A DNA stretch of 45,539 nucleotides from Actinomycetota bacterium (GCA_013152275.1 JAADGS010000037.1:1-45539), one strand, 5' to 3'. Positions 28,029 through 38,747 are shown, numbered from the stretch's first letter. The notes: generated by a model from the sequence alone, not told the origin. Made by a program: numbers and translations.

Positions 28029-28795
28029 CGCTCATCCCTCCATGCGAGCCACTCTTTGACGGCTCCGGTGTCGTAGGACGGCCCGTCGAGGCTGAGCACC
28101 ACCTGTTCCGCCCCGGCGGCGACGAGATCGTCCGCCAGGTCGATGCGCCGTTCGCTCACACCGACAGACCGTTCGATCGTGGAAGGGTCCCTGCCGATGC
28201 GGCCGCACCAGCGATCCAAGACCCGGTTCTTGTGCGCGTAGAGCTCCGGGTTTGTCGTGCTGAAGAAACCATGCCAGATGTTCGCGTGCTGGGCAGTGAT
28301 CCTCAGGGTCACCTTCTCTCCACCGCCTCCGACCAGAATCGGGATGGAGCGTTTCGGAGGTGGGTTCAGGTCGGCCAGACGAGCCTTGATGATCGGGAGA
28401 TCGCGATCCAGGTCGCGAAGGCGACTTGGCGCCGTTCCGAATTCATACCCGTATTCGTCGTAGTCCCGCTGAAACCATCCCGACCCGATGCCCAGGATCA
28501 GGCGGCCCTCGGAGATGTGGTCGACCGTACGGGCCATGTCGGCGAGCAGATTCGGATTCCGATACGAGTTGCAGGTCACCAGGCATCCGATCTCGACCTG
28601 CTCGGTGATCTCCGCCCACGAGGCCAGCATCGTCCACGCCTCGAAGTGTTTGCCGTCACGGTCGCCGGACAACGCGAAGAAGTGGTCCCAGTTGTAGATG
28701 ATGTCGACGCCAAGGGCCTCACATTCGAGCACTGCCCTGCGAATGTCCGAGTACTCGGCATGTTGGGGCTGCAGTTGCACAGCGATTCGGAGCAT
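28025..28795 (-). CDS. LLM-class F420-dependent oxidoreductase
   Basis: WDHFF, EAWT.L, VTCNSYRNP.LLA.MARTVDHISEGR.ILGIGSGW, GGGGEK.TL; ATG 28795. Confidence 0.9.
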   Translation of the reverse strand: MLRIAVQLQPQHAEYSDIRRAVLECEALGVDIIYNWDHFFALSGDRDGKHFEAWTMLASWAEITEQVEIGCLVTCNSYRNPNLLADMARTVDHISEGRLILGIGSGWFQRDYDEYGYEFGTAPSRLRDLDRDLPIIKARLADLNPPPKRSIPILVGGGGEKVTLRITAQHANIWHGFFSTTNPELYAHKNRVLDRWCGRIGRDPSTIERSVGVSERRIDLADDLVAAGAEQVVLSLDGPSYDTGAVKEWLAWRDER

Positions 28796-28846
28796 GCGCG
28801 CACAGTAGCGGGCGTAGGCTGGAAACGATCGACCAGAGGAGTGAAT

Positions 28847-30430
28847 GTGGAGTTCCAGTCCTATGCCTACGGCCAGAACTTTTTCACGATCGACGCAGAC
28901 CTCTCCGTGGTGCTGAGCCGGTACTGGCAGGATTTCGACGCCCACCGCGAGGAGATGACACGGTGGGGCCGGCTGATGGGATCCGAGGCCTACGAGGTCG
29001 GCTACCACATCGACCAGGGGGCGGTACCGGAGCTGGTGATGCATGACCTGGACGGCAACCGGGTCGATCGTGCGCGGATCTCTCCGGCGCAGAAGGCGTT
29101 GCTGGCGAAGCTCGCACCGATGATGCGTCCCATCTACGACGGGGGGAGCTGGCATCACCACTACGCGATCGGGTATCTCCTCGGCGACCCGGGCTTGTAC
29201 TGCATTCTGACGATCACCCAGCAGACGGCGTACGCGATCCACAAGTATGCGCCCGAGCTGGGCGAGTGGAAGGATCGGCTCCTGGCGGGGGAGGCTTGGG
29301 GTGCGACGTGGATGACCGAGATCCAGGGTGGGAGCGACCTTGGTGCGAACAAGACCGTTGCTCATCGCGACGAGGAGGGTTGGCACCTCTCCGCGGGTGA
29401 CAAGTACTTCGCGAGCGGGGCGGGCCTGACCGACGTCGCGATCACCACCGCCCGTCCGGAAGGAGCACCGGAAGGCCCGAAAGGCCTTGCCTTGTTCCTC
29501 GTGCCCCGTCTTCGCCGGGACGGCACGCTCAACTTCACGGTGCGCAGACTCAAGAACAAGTCTGCGACCCGCGCCGTTCCCTCCGGAGAGGTCGAGTTCG
29601 ATGGCGCAGAGGCATACCTCATCGGGCGACCCGAAGAGGGGATCTACTACACGTTGGAGAACCTCACGATCTCGCGACTGGCAAATGCGGTCGCCGCGAT
29701 GGGGATCGCCAAGAAGGCGCATCTCGAGACGCTGACCCGGGTCCAACGGCGCACCGCCTTCGGACACCCGCTCGCAGAGCTTCCGTTGATTCGCCGGGAT
29801 ATGGTGGACCTCGCGGTCCGACAGGCCGGTGGCATGGCGATTGCATTCCGGGCCGTCGAAGCGTTCGATCATGCCTGGCATGACCGGCCTCCCTACACCG
29901 CCGAGTATCACTACGCCCGCTTCCTGTCGCACCTCGCCAAGAACCGCACCGCCAACCACGCGGCAGAGATCACTCGCCTCGGTATGGAGATCTTCGGGGG
30001 GCTGGGGTTCCTGGAGGAGTATGCGGTCGCACGCTGGCACCGGGAGGCTCTCATTACGCCGATCTGGGAAGGTCCCAGCAACGTGCAGGCGATCGACATG
30101 CTCGAAGCGATGCAGAAGAAGGGAGCGCACGAGCAGTTCGTCGACGAGTTCACAACGCTGTTGGAGAGCGTGGGTACGCCCGCTGCGGAGATGGCCCTCA
30201 AGACGATCCAGGGGACTCTCTCGGATCTGGCCCGTATGGGCGCCGACGAGGCCCAATGGCATTCGAAGCGCGCACTGGTGAGATTCGCCGATGCGGCACA
30301 GGTCGGTCTTCTCTACGACCTGGCCGATACGGGTGGTGACCGGTACGCCAAGCTGGCGGAACTCTATGCGGCGCACTTCATCGAAGGCGAGGAGTACCCG
30401 GCTTGGGCCATGAAGGACGCCTCCGTGTAG
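28847..30430 (+). CDS. Acyl-CoA dehydrogenase, AidB-like
   Basis: GATWMTEIQGGSDL, KYFAS, LFLVPR, RLKNK, R.AFG..L, IWEGPSNVQ; start 28841 or 28847. Confidence 0.88.
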   Translation: MEFQSYAYGQNFFTIDADLSVVLSRYWQDFDAHREEMTRWGRLMGSEAYEVGYHIDQGAVPELVMHDLDGNRVDRARISPAQKALLAKLAPMMRPIYDGGSWHHHYAIGYLLGDPGLYCILTITQQTAYAIHKYAPELGEWKDRLLAGEAWGATWMTEIQGGSDLGANKTVAHRDEEGWHLSAGDKYFASGAGLTDVAITTARPEGAPEGPKGLALFLVPRLRRDGTLNFTVRRLKNKSATRAVPSGEVEFDGAEAYLIGRPEEGIYYTLENLTISRLANAVAAMGIAKKAHLETLTRVQRRTAFGHPLAELPLIRRDMVDLAVRQAGGMAIAFRAVEAFDHAWHDRPPYTAEYHYARFLSHLAKNRTANHAAEITRLGMEIFGGLGFLEEYAVARWHREALITPIWEGPSNVQAIDMLEAMQKKGAHEQFVDEFTTLLESVGTPAAEMALKTIQGTLSDLARMGADEAQWHSKRALVRFADAAQVGLLYDLADTGGDRYAKLAELYAAHFIEGEEYPAWAMKDASV

Positions 30431-30445
30431 CCAGACCCCCCACTC

Positions 30446-30502
30446 ATCCGTTCTCGTGACACTTCGAGGGGATAATCCCAGCCAACCGTCACGAGAACGG
30501 AT
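30446..30502. repeat. Perfect 15-bp inverted repeat (palindrome family copy)
   Basis: ATCCGTTCTCGTGAC-N27-GTCACGAGAACGGAT between convergent genes. Confidence 0.85.
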
Positions 30503-30517
30503 AGGTGGGTCGGCGGT

Positions 30518-31171
30518 CTACCGTCCTGTTGCGAGCTGCTTGGCTGCTTCGACGAGTGCCTCGGGAGGGACCTCCCCCGGGAAACGGAAGTCGACGTTGC
30601 CTTCGGCGGTCACGAAGACGAAGAACGGGAATGCGTTGAGCCCGAACGCCTGGGCCGCAGAGTTCTGTGCGTCATCCGCCATGGTCGGGATCGGCCAGTC
30701 GGCCAGCCACTTCGACGGTGGGTAGTTGGGTGCCGTAGGATCTGATGCCGTCGAGACCGCGTAGAAGTCGACCCCGTCGGGCAGGCCGTTCGCCTTGATG
30801 TACGGTTTCAGTTCTTTCACGTCGTTCTGACAGTGCGGGCACCAGTGGGTGAGGAAGATGATGATCTTGGGTTTCCCATCGTTGGTGATGGAGATCGGGG
30901 TGCCATCGAATGAGAAGCCGGACAACGTCGGAGCCTGCTGCCCGACGGCCGGGTCGGCGCCCTTCTCGGGATAGCGTGGCAGGGCCACACCGGAGACGGT
31001 GACCGGTTGGGTCTCGCTGATGGTGCCGCCGCCACCCGGGGAGCCGTTTCCACCTCCGGTCGAAAGGGCGGCAATTCCCGCGATGGCGAGAACCGCCACG
31101 ATTGCGACGACGATGACCGTGCGTCGCGATCCGGTGGTGTCGGCGCGTTCTTGTTCAACGTTCTTACTCAT
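30518..31171 (-). CDS. Membrane-anchored TlpA/redoxin-family thiol-disulfide oxidoreductase (CPHC)
   Basis: N-terminal TM, THWCPHC, cis-Pro AFPF; ATG 31171 overlaps the dsbB end. Confidence 0.9.
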   Translation of the reverse strand: MSKNVEQERADTTGSRRTVIVVAIVAVLAIAGIAALSTGGGNGSPGGGGTISETQPVTVSGVALPRYPEKGADPAVGQQAPTLSGFSFDGTPISITNDGKPKIIIFLTHWCPHCQNDVKELKPYIKANGLPDGVDFYAVSTASDPTAPNYPPSKWLADWPIPTMADDAQNSAAQAFGLNAFPFFVFVTAEGNVDFRFPGEVPPEALVEAAKQLATGR

Positions 31172-31721
31172 GTTCCTGCCTCGTCGACGTGCGGGCCCAC
31201 AGCAGGAGCAGTCCAACGAGTGTCAGCCCTGCAAGGGACATCATAGGGATCGAGATGAATCCCAGTTCCCAGACCCAACGGAGCGTGCATGGGGCGTCGG
31301 GGTTGCACACGCCTGTGTCGAGCGACGGGAAGTTCTGAAGGGTGTACTGGTAGGCGGCGATACCCCAACCGATCGCGACGACCGGCAACGTATAGGTGCT
31401 GATCCGCGTGTCCTTTCGGTGTGCGGCGATGGGCAGCACGACGACCAACGGGTACCAGACGATGCGCTGGTACCAGCAGAGATGGCATGGATTGAAGCCG
31501 ATCACCTCCGAGTAGAAGAGGCTTCCTACGGTCGCACCGAGGGCAATGGCGGAAGCTATCCAGAGTGTCGAGCCTCCAAACAGATCGTCGAGCCGGTCGG
31601 AGGCGGACTGGAGCAGCGCCGAGCGCCGTCTTCCAAGGAGCAGCACCACCAGTCCGATGTCGACGACGATGATGAGCAGCGTGATGAGCCCGAAGAATCG
31701 GTTCACGAATGCAGGGTTCAT
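31164..31721 (-). CDS. dsbB: Disulfide bond formation protein B (DsbB/BdbC-like)
   Basis: GSLFYSE..GF.PCHLCWYQRI..YP, second Cys pair C.PDAPC, GFISIP.MSL. Confidence 0.9.
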   Translation of the reverse strand: MNPAFVNRFFGLITLLIIVVDIGLVVLLLGRRRSALLQSASDRLDDLFGGSTLWIASAIALGATVGSLFYSEVIGFNPCHLCWYQRIVWYPLVVVLPIAAHRKDTRISTYTLPVVAIGWGIAAYQYTLQNFPSLDTGVCNPDAPCTLRWVWELGFISIPMMSLAGLTLVGLLLLWARTSTRQEHE

Positions 31722-31751
31722 GGGGTCGGAGATTAGTGGCGACGGGTCGGC

Positions 31752-32393
31752 CTACCGGCCGGCCAACTGCTCGAGAATCTTGTAGAGCGTTTCGGGAGGC
31801 ATGTCGCCTTCGTTCCTGCCCACGACCTTGCCGTCTGCGCCGACGAAAACAACGAAGGGGAATCCGGAGAGACCGAACGCTCGTGCCGAGGAGCTGTTCG
31901 AGTTGTCCGCGATCGTGGGAACCGGCCAGTCGGCCAGCCACTTCGACGGCGGATAGTTCGGCTTGGCGGCGTTCACGCTCGTCGAGATGGAGAAGACTTC
32001 GACACCTTCCGGAATGCCGTTCGCCTTGATGTACGGGGTCAGCTCTTCCACCTCGGTCTGGCAGTGCGGGCACCAGTGGGCGAGCAGGATGATGGCTTTC
32101 GGTGTGCCGTCGTTCGTGATCGACAAGGGGGTCCCGTCGAAGGTCGCGCCGGTGATCTCGGGGGCCGGCATGCCGACGGCGGGATCGGCCGTTCCGCTCT
32201 GATACAAGGGCAGAGCCTGGCCGGTGATCTTGACCGACCTGGTCTGTTTGATGTTCGCGTCCCCGGAGCCGGATACGGTGGTGAGGAGAGCGACGAGTGC
32301 CACGACGGCAAGGACGGCGACGCCGATGAGAATGGGCGTCTTGCGTGAACGACGTTTCCGCGGGGGCGGCTTCTTGACGGCCTTCTTGCTCAT
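31752..32393 (-). CDS. Membrane-anchored TlpA/redoxin-family thiol-disulfide oxidoreductase (CPHC), paralog
   Basis: Basic N-terminus plus TM, AHWCPHC, GFPF. Confidence 0.9.
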   Translation of the reverse strand: MSKKAVKKPPPRKRRSRKTPILIGVAVLAVVALVALLTTVSGSGDANIKQTRSVKITGQALPLYQSGTADPAVGMPAPEITGATFDGTPLSITNDGTPKAIILLAHWCPHCQTEVEELTPYIKANGIPEGVEVFSISTSVNAAKPNYPPSKWLADWPVPTIADNSNSSSARAFGLSGFPFVVFVGADGKVVGRNEGDMPPETLYKILEQLAGR

Positions 32394-32449
32394 GAGTTCC
32401 TCACAGGGAAGCGTGATACGTCGAGAGCATAGCCTTGTGGGAGACGCGC

Positions 32450-34951
32450 CTATTCGGCCAGGTAGGCGGCCAGCCGCCCACCCGCCCGGTCACGGAACGC
32501 CGCCATCGCATCGAGCCGTTCGAGCTCCTGAGCGACGGCCTTCTCGGCATGGTGAACGGTTCTCCGGTCGAAGAACGCATGGACCTCGTCCGCCCTATTG
32601 CTCAACGTCCAGAGTGTTCCCAGCGTGCGTTTGAGCAGCGACGGCGGGAAGGCTCGGACCTGTTCCTCCCAGTGGCGGGTGTAGAGATCCCATGCGACCC
32701 GACCCGCCGTGCGGTTTGCGAGCAACTGTTCCACGACGAACGGAGCGTCCTGAGTTCTGATCCGGCCATCGAGTGCCATCGCGAAGGTGCGCTCGGCGAG
32801 GTCCGTATCCGGGAACAACGGCAATGCGTGCAGGTAGCGGTTCTCGTCCTGAGGCGTTTGTGCATGTTCATATTCGGAGAGGAACGTCTCGTAGTCGGCA
32901 AGTCCGGCATCCGCAGTGACGGTGATGACCGCCCGGGTCACCTCAGGGTCGAGAGCATGATCGAGAACGGCCGGCAGTAGTTCGACGGCACGGGCCCGAA
33001 CCCGGCTGTCGTGTCCATAGCGGCCGAGGGCCGAGATGAGCAGGCCGCGCAGGCGGCTGGTCTGACTGTCCTCATTCGGTCGAGGGTCCCAACCGAGGCG
33101 TTCGAGTGCCGGTGTGAGCAGATCGCGAACGTACCGCTCGAAGGCAGGGCTCGAATCGAACGTGTGATGGATCTGGTCGATGCTTCCGACGATCGCCGTC
33201 CACACTGCGTACTCGGTCTCGTTGCCGAAGCGGGTGAGGAGATCCAGATACGTGGCGATGTCGGTCTGGCCGGCGATGACACAGGCCCACGCGTCATCGA
33301 CGAGGCCGTATCGGTCGAGTGCGGAGAGGCGGTCGAGGCGATCGAGGAGGCGTTCGAGGAGATCCGGCGAGTAGCGGCTCCGGTAGTAGCCGTGCCCGCC
33401 GGCGTTTGCGAGCACCCAGTCCACGGGGTGCTCGACGTCGATGCGAATCTCTGGTGTGTCGAACACCACGTCGGTCCGATGGACCACATCACCGGCTCCG
33501 TAGGCGAGGGTGAGGGGGATCTGCCACAGGTCGTCATCACCGGACGGCCGGTACCGGAAGCGATGCTGTCGCGCGACGATGCTCCCGTCGTCCAGGCCGA
33601 TGTCCACCTGCGGGTAGCCGCCGGCAAAGATCCAGGACTTCATGACCGATCCGACCGGTTGGCCCGAGGCCTGTTCGAGAGCCGCCCACAGGTCGCTCGT
33701 CTCGGTGTTCGCGAACGCGTGAGTGTCCAGGTACGCCTTGATGCCCTTTCGGAAGACCTCTTCGCCGAGGAACTGCTGAAGCATGCGAACGAGTGAAGAG
33801 CCCTTCATGTAGGTGAGCACATCGAACATCTCGTCGGCCTCGTGCGGAGCGACGACGGGAAACTCGACGGGTCTGGTCGCCTGGAGGGCGTCGGTGATCA
33901 TGGATCGGGAGCGCAACGGCGCGAACGAAAGCCAGGTCTTCCATTCGGGTTTCCACGCATCCTGGGCGATCATCTCCATGAACGTCGCGAATGCCTCGTT
34001 GAGCCAGACGCCGTTCCACCACTTCATGGTCACGTAGTCACCGAACCACATGTGGGCGAGTTCGTGGGCGATGACCTCCGAGACGCGCCGTATCTCGGCG
34101 TGGGATGCGGTCTCGAGGTCGACGAGGAGGGTGCTTTCCCGGAACGTGACGGCACCGAGGTTCTCCATCGCTCCGAATGCGAAGTCGGGGATCGCGATGA
34201 GGTCCATCTTGTGTCCCTGGTATGGGATGTCGTAGTAGTCGGCCAGCCACTGCAGGTAGTGGGCACCGGCTTCGACTGCGAACTCGGCGAGCTGCTCCTG
34301 CCCGGCCTGATGGATCACTCGCAGGGGAACGCCACCGGCGTCGACCGGTTCGGTTGCGGTGAACGGTCCGACGACGAAGGCCACCAGATAGGTCGACATT
34401 CTGGGTGTGTCGGAGAAGAGGACCCTGATCGTGCCGTCGTCGAGCTTTGTTCGACCGATCTCGGCTCCGTTGGATACGGCGAGGAGACCCTCGGGCACAA
34501 CGAGAGTGATGCCGAACACGGCTTTGTATTCCGGTTCGTCCCAGCAGGGAAACGCGCGTCGGGCATCGGTCGCTTCGAACTGGGTTGTGGCGATGACGTG
34601 GTCGCGACCGTCTGCATCCGTGAACGTGCTCCGGTAGAAACCGTGGAGCTTGTCGTTGAGGATTCCAGAAAAGCGGAGAGACAGGGTGTGTTCTCCCGGC
34701 GGGATCTGCGCACCGTCGGACAGGCGGATCCGTTCCGTTTCGGACTCATAGGAGGTCGAGAGGCTGCGGTCGCCAAGCGTGGCTTCTTCGATCTCGATCT
34801 CGACGGCGTTGAGGATGATCTCATCGGTCGGCTCGTTGACCGTGACACGAATCGTCTCGGTTCCGGAGAACGTTGCCGCGTCGAGGTCCGGACGCAACGC
34901 GATGTCGTAGCGGCTTGGGAACGCGATCTTGGGAAGGCGGTAGGGATCCAT
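32450..34951 (-). CDS. pepN: M1 family aminopeptidase N
   Basis: TQFEATDARRAFPCWDEP, GAMEN, HELAH...WLNE, Y.KG; ATG 34951 with GAGGAG RBS. Confidence 0.93.
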   Translation of the reverse strand: MDPYRLPKIAFPSRYDIALRPDLDAATFSGTETIRVTVNEPTDEIILNAVEIEIEEATLGDRSLSTSYESETERIRLSDGAQIPPGEHTLSLRFSGILNDKLHGFYRSTFTDADGRDHVIATTQFEATDARRAFPCWDEPEYKAVFGITLVVPEGLLAVSNGAEIGRTKLDDGTIRVLFSDTPRMSTYLVAFVVGPFTATEPVDAGGVPLRVIHQAGQEQLAEFAVEAGAHYLQWLADYYDIPYQGHKMDLIAIPDFAFGAMENLGAVTFRESTLLVDLETASHAEIRRVSEVIAHELAHMWFGDYVTMKWWNGVWLNEAFATFMEMIAQDAWKPEWKTWLSFAPLRSRSMITDALQATRPVEFPVVAPHEADEMFDVLTYMKGSSLVRMLQQFLGEEVFRKGIKAYLDTHAFANTETSDLWAALEQASGQPVGSVMKSWIFAGGYPQVDIGLDDGSIVARQHRFRYRPSGDDDLWQIPLTLAYGAGDVVHRTDVVFDTPEIRIDVEHPVDWVLANAGGHGYYRSRYSPDLLERLLDRLDRLSALDRYGLVDDAWACVIAGQTDIATYLDLLTRFGNETEYAVWTAIVGSIDQIHHTFDSSPAFERYVRDLLTPALERLGWDPRPNEDSQTSRLRGLLISALGRYGHDSRVRARAVELLPAVLDHALDPEVTRAVITVTADAGLADYETFLSEYEHAQTPQDENRYLHALPLFPDTDLAERTFAMALDGRIRTQDAPFVVEQLLANRTAGRVAWDLYTRHWEEQVRAFPPSLLKRTLGTLWTLSNRADEVHAFFDRRTVHHAEKAVAQELERLDAMAAFRDRAGGRLAAYLAE

Positions 34952-35036
34952 GTGAGGCTCCTCGCTCGTGCCCGGCGATGGTAGCGACGGCTCACGGGCT
35001 GCCGGCCGGTAGGGTTCGGCGGACGGAAGGAGACCG

Positions 35037-35930
35037 ATGGAAGCGATCTTGCGATGGGGCGTCGATGTCGTTCTGTGGCTCCAGCAGGCGAGCCCGTCGT
35101 TGGACGGACTCTTCAAGGCGCTGACGTTTCTTGGGAGCGAGGAGTTCTACCTGGTGCTGCTCCCGTTGGTCTATTGGAGTGTGGACCGCGTCATCGGGAT
35201 GCGGCTGATCGTGCTCCTGCTGTTCTCCAACCTGGTCAACATGGCGGTGAAGCTGCTCGCAGCCCAGCCGAGGCCCTTTACCTACGACGCCCGGGTGAAG
35301 GCGATCACCCACGAGGCCTCATATGGCTTCCCTTCGGGGCATACGCAGAACACGGTCGCGGTGTGGGGATACCTCGGATCGAGAGTCCGGGCAGGGTGGT
35401 TCTGGGCTCTGGCAGGCCTGCTGATGGTGGGAGTGCCGCTTTCCCGCATCTACCTCGGTGTGCATTTTCCCACCGACGTGCTCGGAGGGTATGTCATCGG
35501 TGCCGTCGTCCTGTGGTTGTTCTTGCGCTTCTGGAAGCCGGTCGAGCGCTGGTTCTGTGATCTCGCGCTCGTGTGGCAACTGGCGATCACCGCGTTTGGT
35601 CCCCTGGCGCTGCTCGCTCTGCACGTCTCCGAATCGGTTATGACCGGCGTGGGCACGATGGTCGGTATGGGGGTCGGCTTCGTGTTGGAGCGGCACTGGG
35701 TTCGGTTCGAGACTGCCGGACCGGCCATGCACCGTGTCCTGCGGCTCCTCATCGGGTTGGTCGTCATCATCGGGCTTTGGGCGGGCCTTAGGGCGCTGTT
35801 CGCCGGCATCGAACCGGCCTTGGTGCTGCGTTTCGTCCGGTACGCCCTCGTCGGACTGTGGGGGGCGTTCGGGGCACCGTGGCTGTTCGTCCGGTTGAAG
35901 ATTGCGCCTCAGAGCACGATGCCTGCCTGA
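35037..35930 (+). CDS. PAP2 family membrane phosphatase
   Basis: K......[20 protein letters not shown]. Confidence 0.92.
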   Translation: MEAILRWGVDVVLWLQQASPSLDGLFKALTFLGSEEFYLVLLPLVYWSVDRVIGMRLIVLLLFSNLVNMAVKLLAAQPRPFTYDARVKAITHEASYGFPSGHTQNTVAVWGYLGSRVRAGWFWALAGLLMVGVPLSRIYLGVHFPTDVLGGYVIGAVVLWLFLRFWKPVERWFCDLALVWQLAITAFGPLALLALHVSESVMTGVGTMVGMGVGFVLERHWVRFETAGPAMHRVLRLLIGLVVIIGLWAGLRALFAGIEPALVLRFVRYALVGLWGAFGAPWLFVRLKIAPQSTMPA

Positions 35931-37090
35931 CGGTTTCTCACACGCCAGTAGTGGCGCACATAGGGGGGACGCCGATCCGGCGTGTCCGGAATCCGCTCGG
36001 TCCACGCGGCGAGCAGGTCGTGGGCTTGGGCGAACGCATTCTCCGGACTCGGGGGATCCTCGAGCCATCGGCGCTCGATGTCGTCTCGTTCGGAGTCGAA
36101 CAGCGGGAGGAGTCGGCTCGGGTCGCGCAGCACTCTGCGGTGGAGGGGCTCGTGCGCCCACCAGAGGGTTCGGGGATCGTAGGCGGCAGTGGGCTCGGGG
36201 CCGAGGTCGAGTGGCTGCAGGACGTTCACGGGTTTGAAGAGGCCGGTGCAGGGGGCAGAGGTGCCGGTCACCCAGTGGTGAGATCCGACGGAGGTGAGTT
36301 CCGCGACCCAGGAGGCGACGGACTCCGATCCGGCTGCAAGCCCCCCTGCGTGCATGCATGGTGCGGCCATCGCACCGTTGAGGATCCCGTACCGGGGTTC
36401 GTCCCCGCCGTGATCGCGGAGCAGGGCCATCAGGTCCGCGGGTCCGGTCGCTGCGGCCGCCCTGGCCTGGGTGAGCGGCTGTCGAACCCTGCAGGCAGAG
36501 ACCTTTGTCTTGAGCCGGTCGGAGTGCTGCTCGGCGAAGCCGGGAATCGTCAAACCGTTCGAGATGCTCCGCGCCCCATCGGTGACGCGTTCGACCTCCC
36601 ACAGCTTGCCGGCCGTCTCGAGCACGAAGGCTTCGCGGGGGTCGGCGACGAGAAAGCTGTTGTGGTACGTGAAACGCGGGTGCTCGAATCCGCAACCGCC
36701 GCCCTGACCGTGGCGTTCGAGGAGATCGGTGATGGTGTCGACGGCGGTCCTCGCGGAGTCGGCCCGCTCCAGGGCAAGACGGATCATGTCCATGCCGGTG
36801 AGGCCGGTTTTCGCGTAGGGCTGATCGGTGAAGACCGCCTCGTTGCCGATCGTCACGCCGTGTTCGTTCGCTCCGATCTCCGCGCCCCACATCCAGAAGG
36901 GTCGAGAGAGCAGCACGGCGTTGGTTTCCGGCACCTGTGGGATCTCGATGTGCGTGCAGCGCACCGTTGCGCCGGCCGGGTAGGTTCGCCGTGGCTGCCA
37001 ATCGAGGAGCTGGGCCTCGTTGGGGTCCCGATCCGAGTTCTTCGCGAAGAGCACCCGGTCCGGTTGGACGATGACGACCGTGTCGCACAT
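35909..37090 (-). CDS. Peptidase C69/secernin-like Ntn-hydrolase
   Basis: N-terminal MCDT nucleophile, FAKNSDR.PNE.Q, WMWGAE.GANE.GV.IGNEA, GMD.IRLALER. Confidence 0.92.
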   Translation of the reverse strand: MCDTVVIVQPDRVLFAKNSDRDPNEAQLLDWQPRRTYPAGATVRCTHIEIPQVPETNAVLLSRPFWMWGAEIGANEHGVTIGNEAVFTDQPYAKTGLTGMDMIRLALERADSARTAVDTITDLLERHGQGGGCGFEHPRFTYHNSFLVADPREAFVLETAGKLWEVERVTDGARSISNGLTIPGFAEQHSDRLKTKVSACRVRQPLTQARAAAATGPADLMALLRDHGGDEPRYGILNGAMAAPCMHAGGLAAGSESVASWVAELTSVGSHHWVTGTSAPCTGLFKPVNVLQPLDLGPEPTAAYDPRTLWWAHEPLHRRVLRDPSRLLPLFDSERDDIERRWLEDPPSPENAFAQAHDLLAAWTERIPDTPDRRPPYVRHYWRVRNRQAGIVL

Positions 37091-37106
37091 GGATCCGAGC
37101 CTATCT

Positions 37107-37217
37107 CTTTCTCGTCAATGGCGCCGTCGCTATTCGACGCTGCCATTGACAGGAACAAGGGGTTGTGTTTCTCGTCAATGCCGCCGTCGCCATTCGACGC
37201 CAGCATTGACGAGAAAC
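37107..37217. repeat. Two tandem copies (60-nt period) of the palindrome family
   Basis: TTTCTCGTCAATGGC...GCCATTGACAGGAAC and GTTTCTCGTCAATGC...GCATTGACGAGAAAC (perfect 15-bp IR). Confidence 0.85.
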
Positions 37218-37234
37218 TCGATATCCTTGTGTTT

Positions 37235-37963
37235 GTGGAAATCCTGGGCATCGACATCGGCGGGTCGGGCATCAAGGGTGCTCCCGTCGACATCGCGCGG
37301 GGAGCACTGACCCGTGAGCGATACAAGATCCTGACGCCTCGACCCGCCACTCCCGAGGCGGTCGCCGGGGTCGTCGCGGAACTCGTGGCCCATTTCGAAT
37401 GGCAAGGCCCGATCGGCTGTACGTTTCCCGCCGTTGTGCGCCGCGGCGTCATCTACACGGCCGCGAATGTGGATCAGTCGTGGGTCGGTGTGGACGGCGA
37501 AGCGCTGTTCAAAGGGGCGACGGGGCTGTCGGTGAAGCTCCTCAATGATGCGGATGCGGCCGGAGTTGCCGAGATGCGGTTCGGCGCCGGCAAAGGATGC
37601 GACGGCGTCGTCGTGTTGCTGACGTTCGGGACCGGTATCGGGAGCGGCATGTTCATCGACGGTCGGCTGATGCCGAACACCGAACTCGGACACCTGGAGT
37701 TCCGGGGCGACGATGCCGAACACTACGCCGCAGCCCGGATTCGCAAGGAGGAGAAGCTGAGTTGGCACGAGTGGGGGAGGAGAGTCGATCGTCTTCTCGA
37801 TTATCTCGACTTGCTGTTCTCTCCCGACCTCATCATCGTGGGCGGCGGGGTGAGTCGCCGGTTCGAGCGTTTCTCCGAAGCGCTCTCAGTGAGAACCAAG
37901 GTCGTTCCGGCCCTTCTCCAGAATGAGGCGGGCATCATCGGGGCTGCGCTGGCTGCTTCCTGA
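37235..37963 (+). CDS. ppgK: Polyphosphate glucokinase (ROK family)
   Basis: [61 protein letters not shown]. Confidence 0.9.
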   Translation: MEILGIDIGGSGIKGAPVDIARGALTRERYKILTPRPATPEAVAGVVAELVAHFEWQGPIGCTFPAVVRRGVIYTAANVDQSWVGVDGEALFKGATGLSVKLLNDADAAGVAEMRFGAGKGCDGVVVLLTFGTGIGSGMFIDGRLMPNTELGHLEFRGDDAEHYAAARIRKEEKLSWHEWGRRVDRLLDYLDLLFSPDLIIVGGGVSRRFERFSEALSVRTKVVPALLQNEAGIIGAALAAS

Positions 37964-38089
37964 TCCCCGACTACCGGCCTTCACGCCATTCTGTCGGGCA
38001 AACACTGGCCGTGAGTTTTTTCGTTGTATTGGCGACACGATGGAGCCTGCGTGTGGGATGATGCAGCGAGTCTCGGAGGAGGGATTTCT

Positions 38090-38641
38090 ATGACCAGCGA
38101 TGGTGCAGAAGGAACTGTGAGCGAAACGATGATAAATCGAGTCGTTCGTGCCGTGAAGCTTGATCCGACTTTGTACAGAGAGGTGTCCAAAGACGGAACC
38201 AAGACGACCGAAGCGATGATCGTCGTCGCCATTGCCGTCCTCATCGGGGGACTCGGCCCGATCATCGGTCCTGGCCACTTCAGAATCGGTGGCTGGATCC
38301 TGATGGCGATTCTTGCTCCGACGCTCTTCCTGGCAATCGGCACGGGTGTGTTGTGGCTCGTCGGAAAGCTGTTCAGCGGCAAGGCGGAGTTCATCGAGAT
38401 GTTCCGTCCGCTCGGCTACGCGTATGCGCCTTACGCTCTCGGGATCATCCCGTTCATCGGCGGCATCGTCGGAGGGATTTGGTCGATTGTCTGCGCTGTC
38501 ATCGCCGTGCGTGAGTCGGAGGAGGTCTCGACCGGTGCATCCGTTGCCATCGTGTTGATCCCGGCGGCGATTCTCTTCATTCTGATGTTGATCGCCGGTA
38601 CCGTCATCGGCCTGACGATGCTTGGGTTGGCCAGGGGCTGA
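38090..38641 (+). CDS. YIP1 family membrane protein
   Basis: GGAGGAGG RBS; L.P.LY.EV..D, multiple TMs, R.LGYAYAP, AVRE. Confidence 0.8.
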   Translation: MTSDGAEGTVSETMINRVVRAVKLDPTLYREVSKDGTKTTEAMIVVAIAVLIGGLGPIIGPGHFRIGGWILMAILAPTLFLAIGTGVLWLVGKLFSGKAEFIEMFRPLGYAYAPYALGIIPFIGGIVGGIWSIVCAVIAVRESEEVSTGASVAIVLIPAAILFILMLIAGTVIGLTMLGLARG

Positions 38642-38660
38642 GGACTCGCATCGGAGCTAC

Positions 38661-38695
38661 AAGGTTCGGGGCAGCATGCCCCGAACCTTTTCTCT
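38661..38695 (+). terminator. Intrinsic terminator between convergent genes
   Basis: AAGGTTCGGGGCA-GCA-TGCCCCGAACCTT followed by TTCTCT. Confidence 0.8.
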
Positions 38696-38747
38696 CGGAG
38701 ATCCCGGACCTGCGCCGACGGACGGGACCATGAGCCTGACCGACCGT

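Noticed and set aside
28025..30376. Apparent 783-aa LLM fusion; likewise the 701-aa ppgK and 483-aa ABC ATPase ORFs
   Set aside because: The N-terminal extensions are antisense or off-frame to neighbouring genes; true starts are 28795, 37235 and 19602
37107..37217. Possible mini-CRISPR array
   Set aside because: Only two palindromic units with a ~9-nt gap, no unique spacers and no cas genes; fits the dispersed palindrome family
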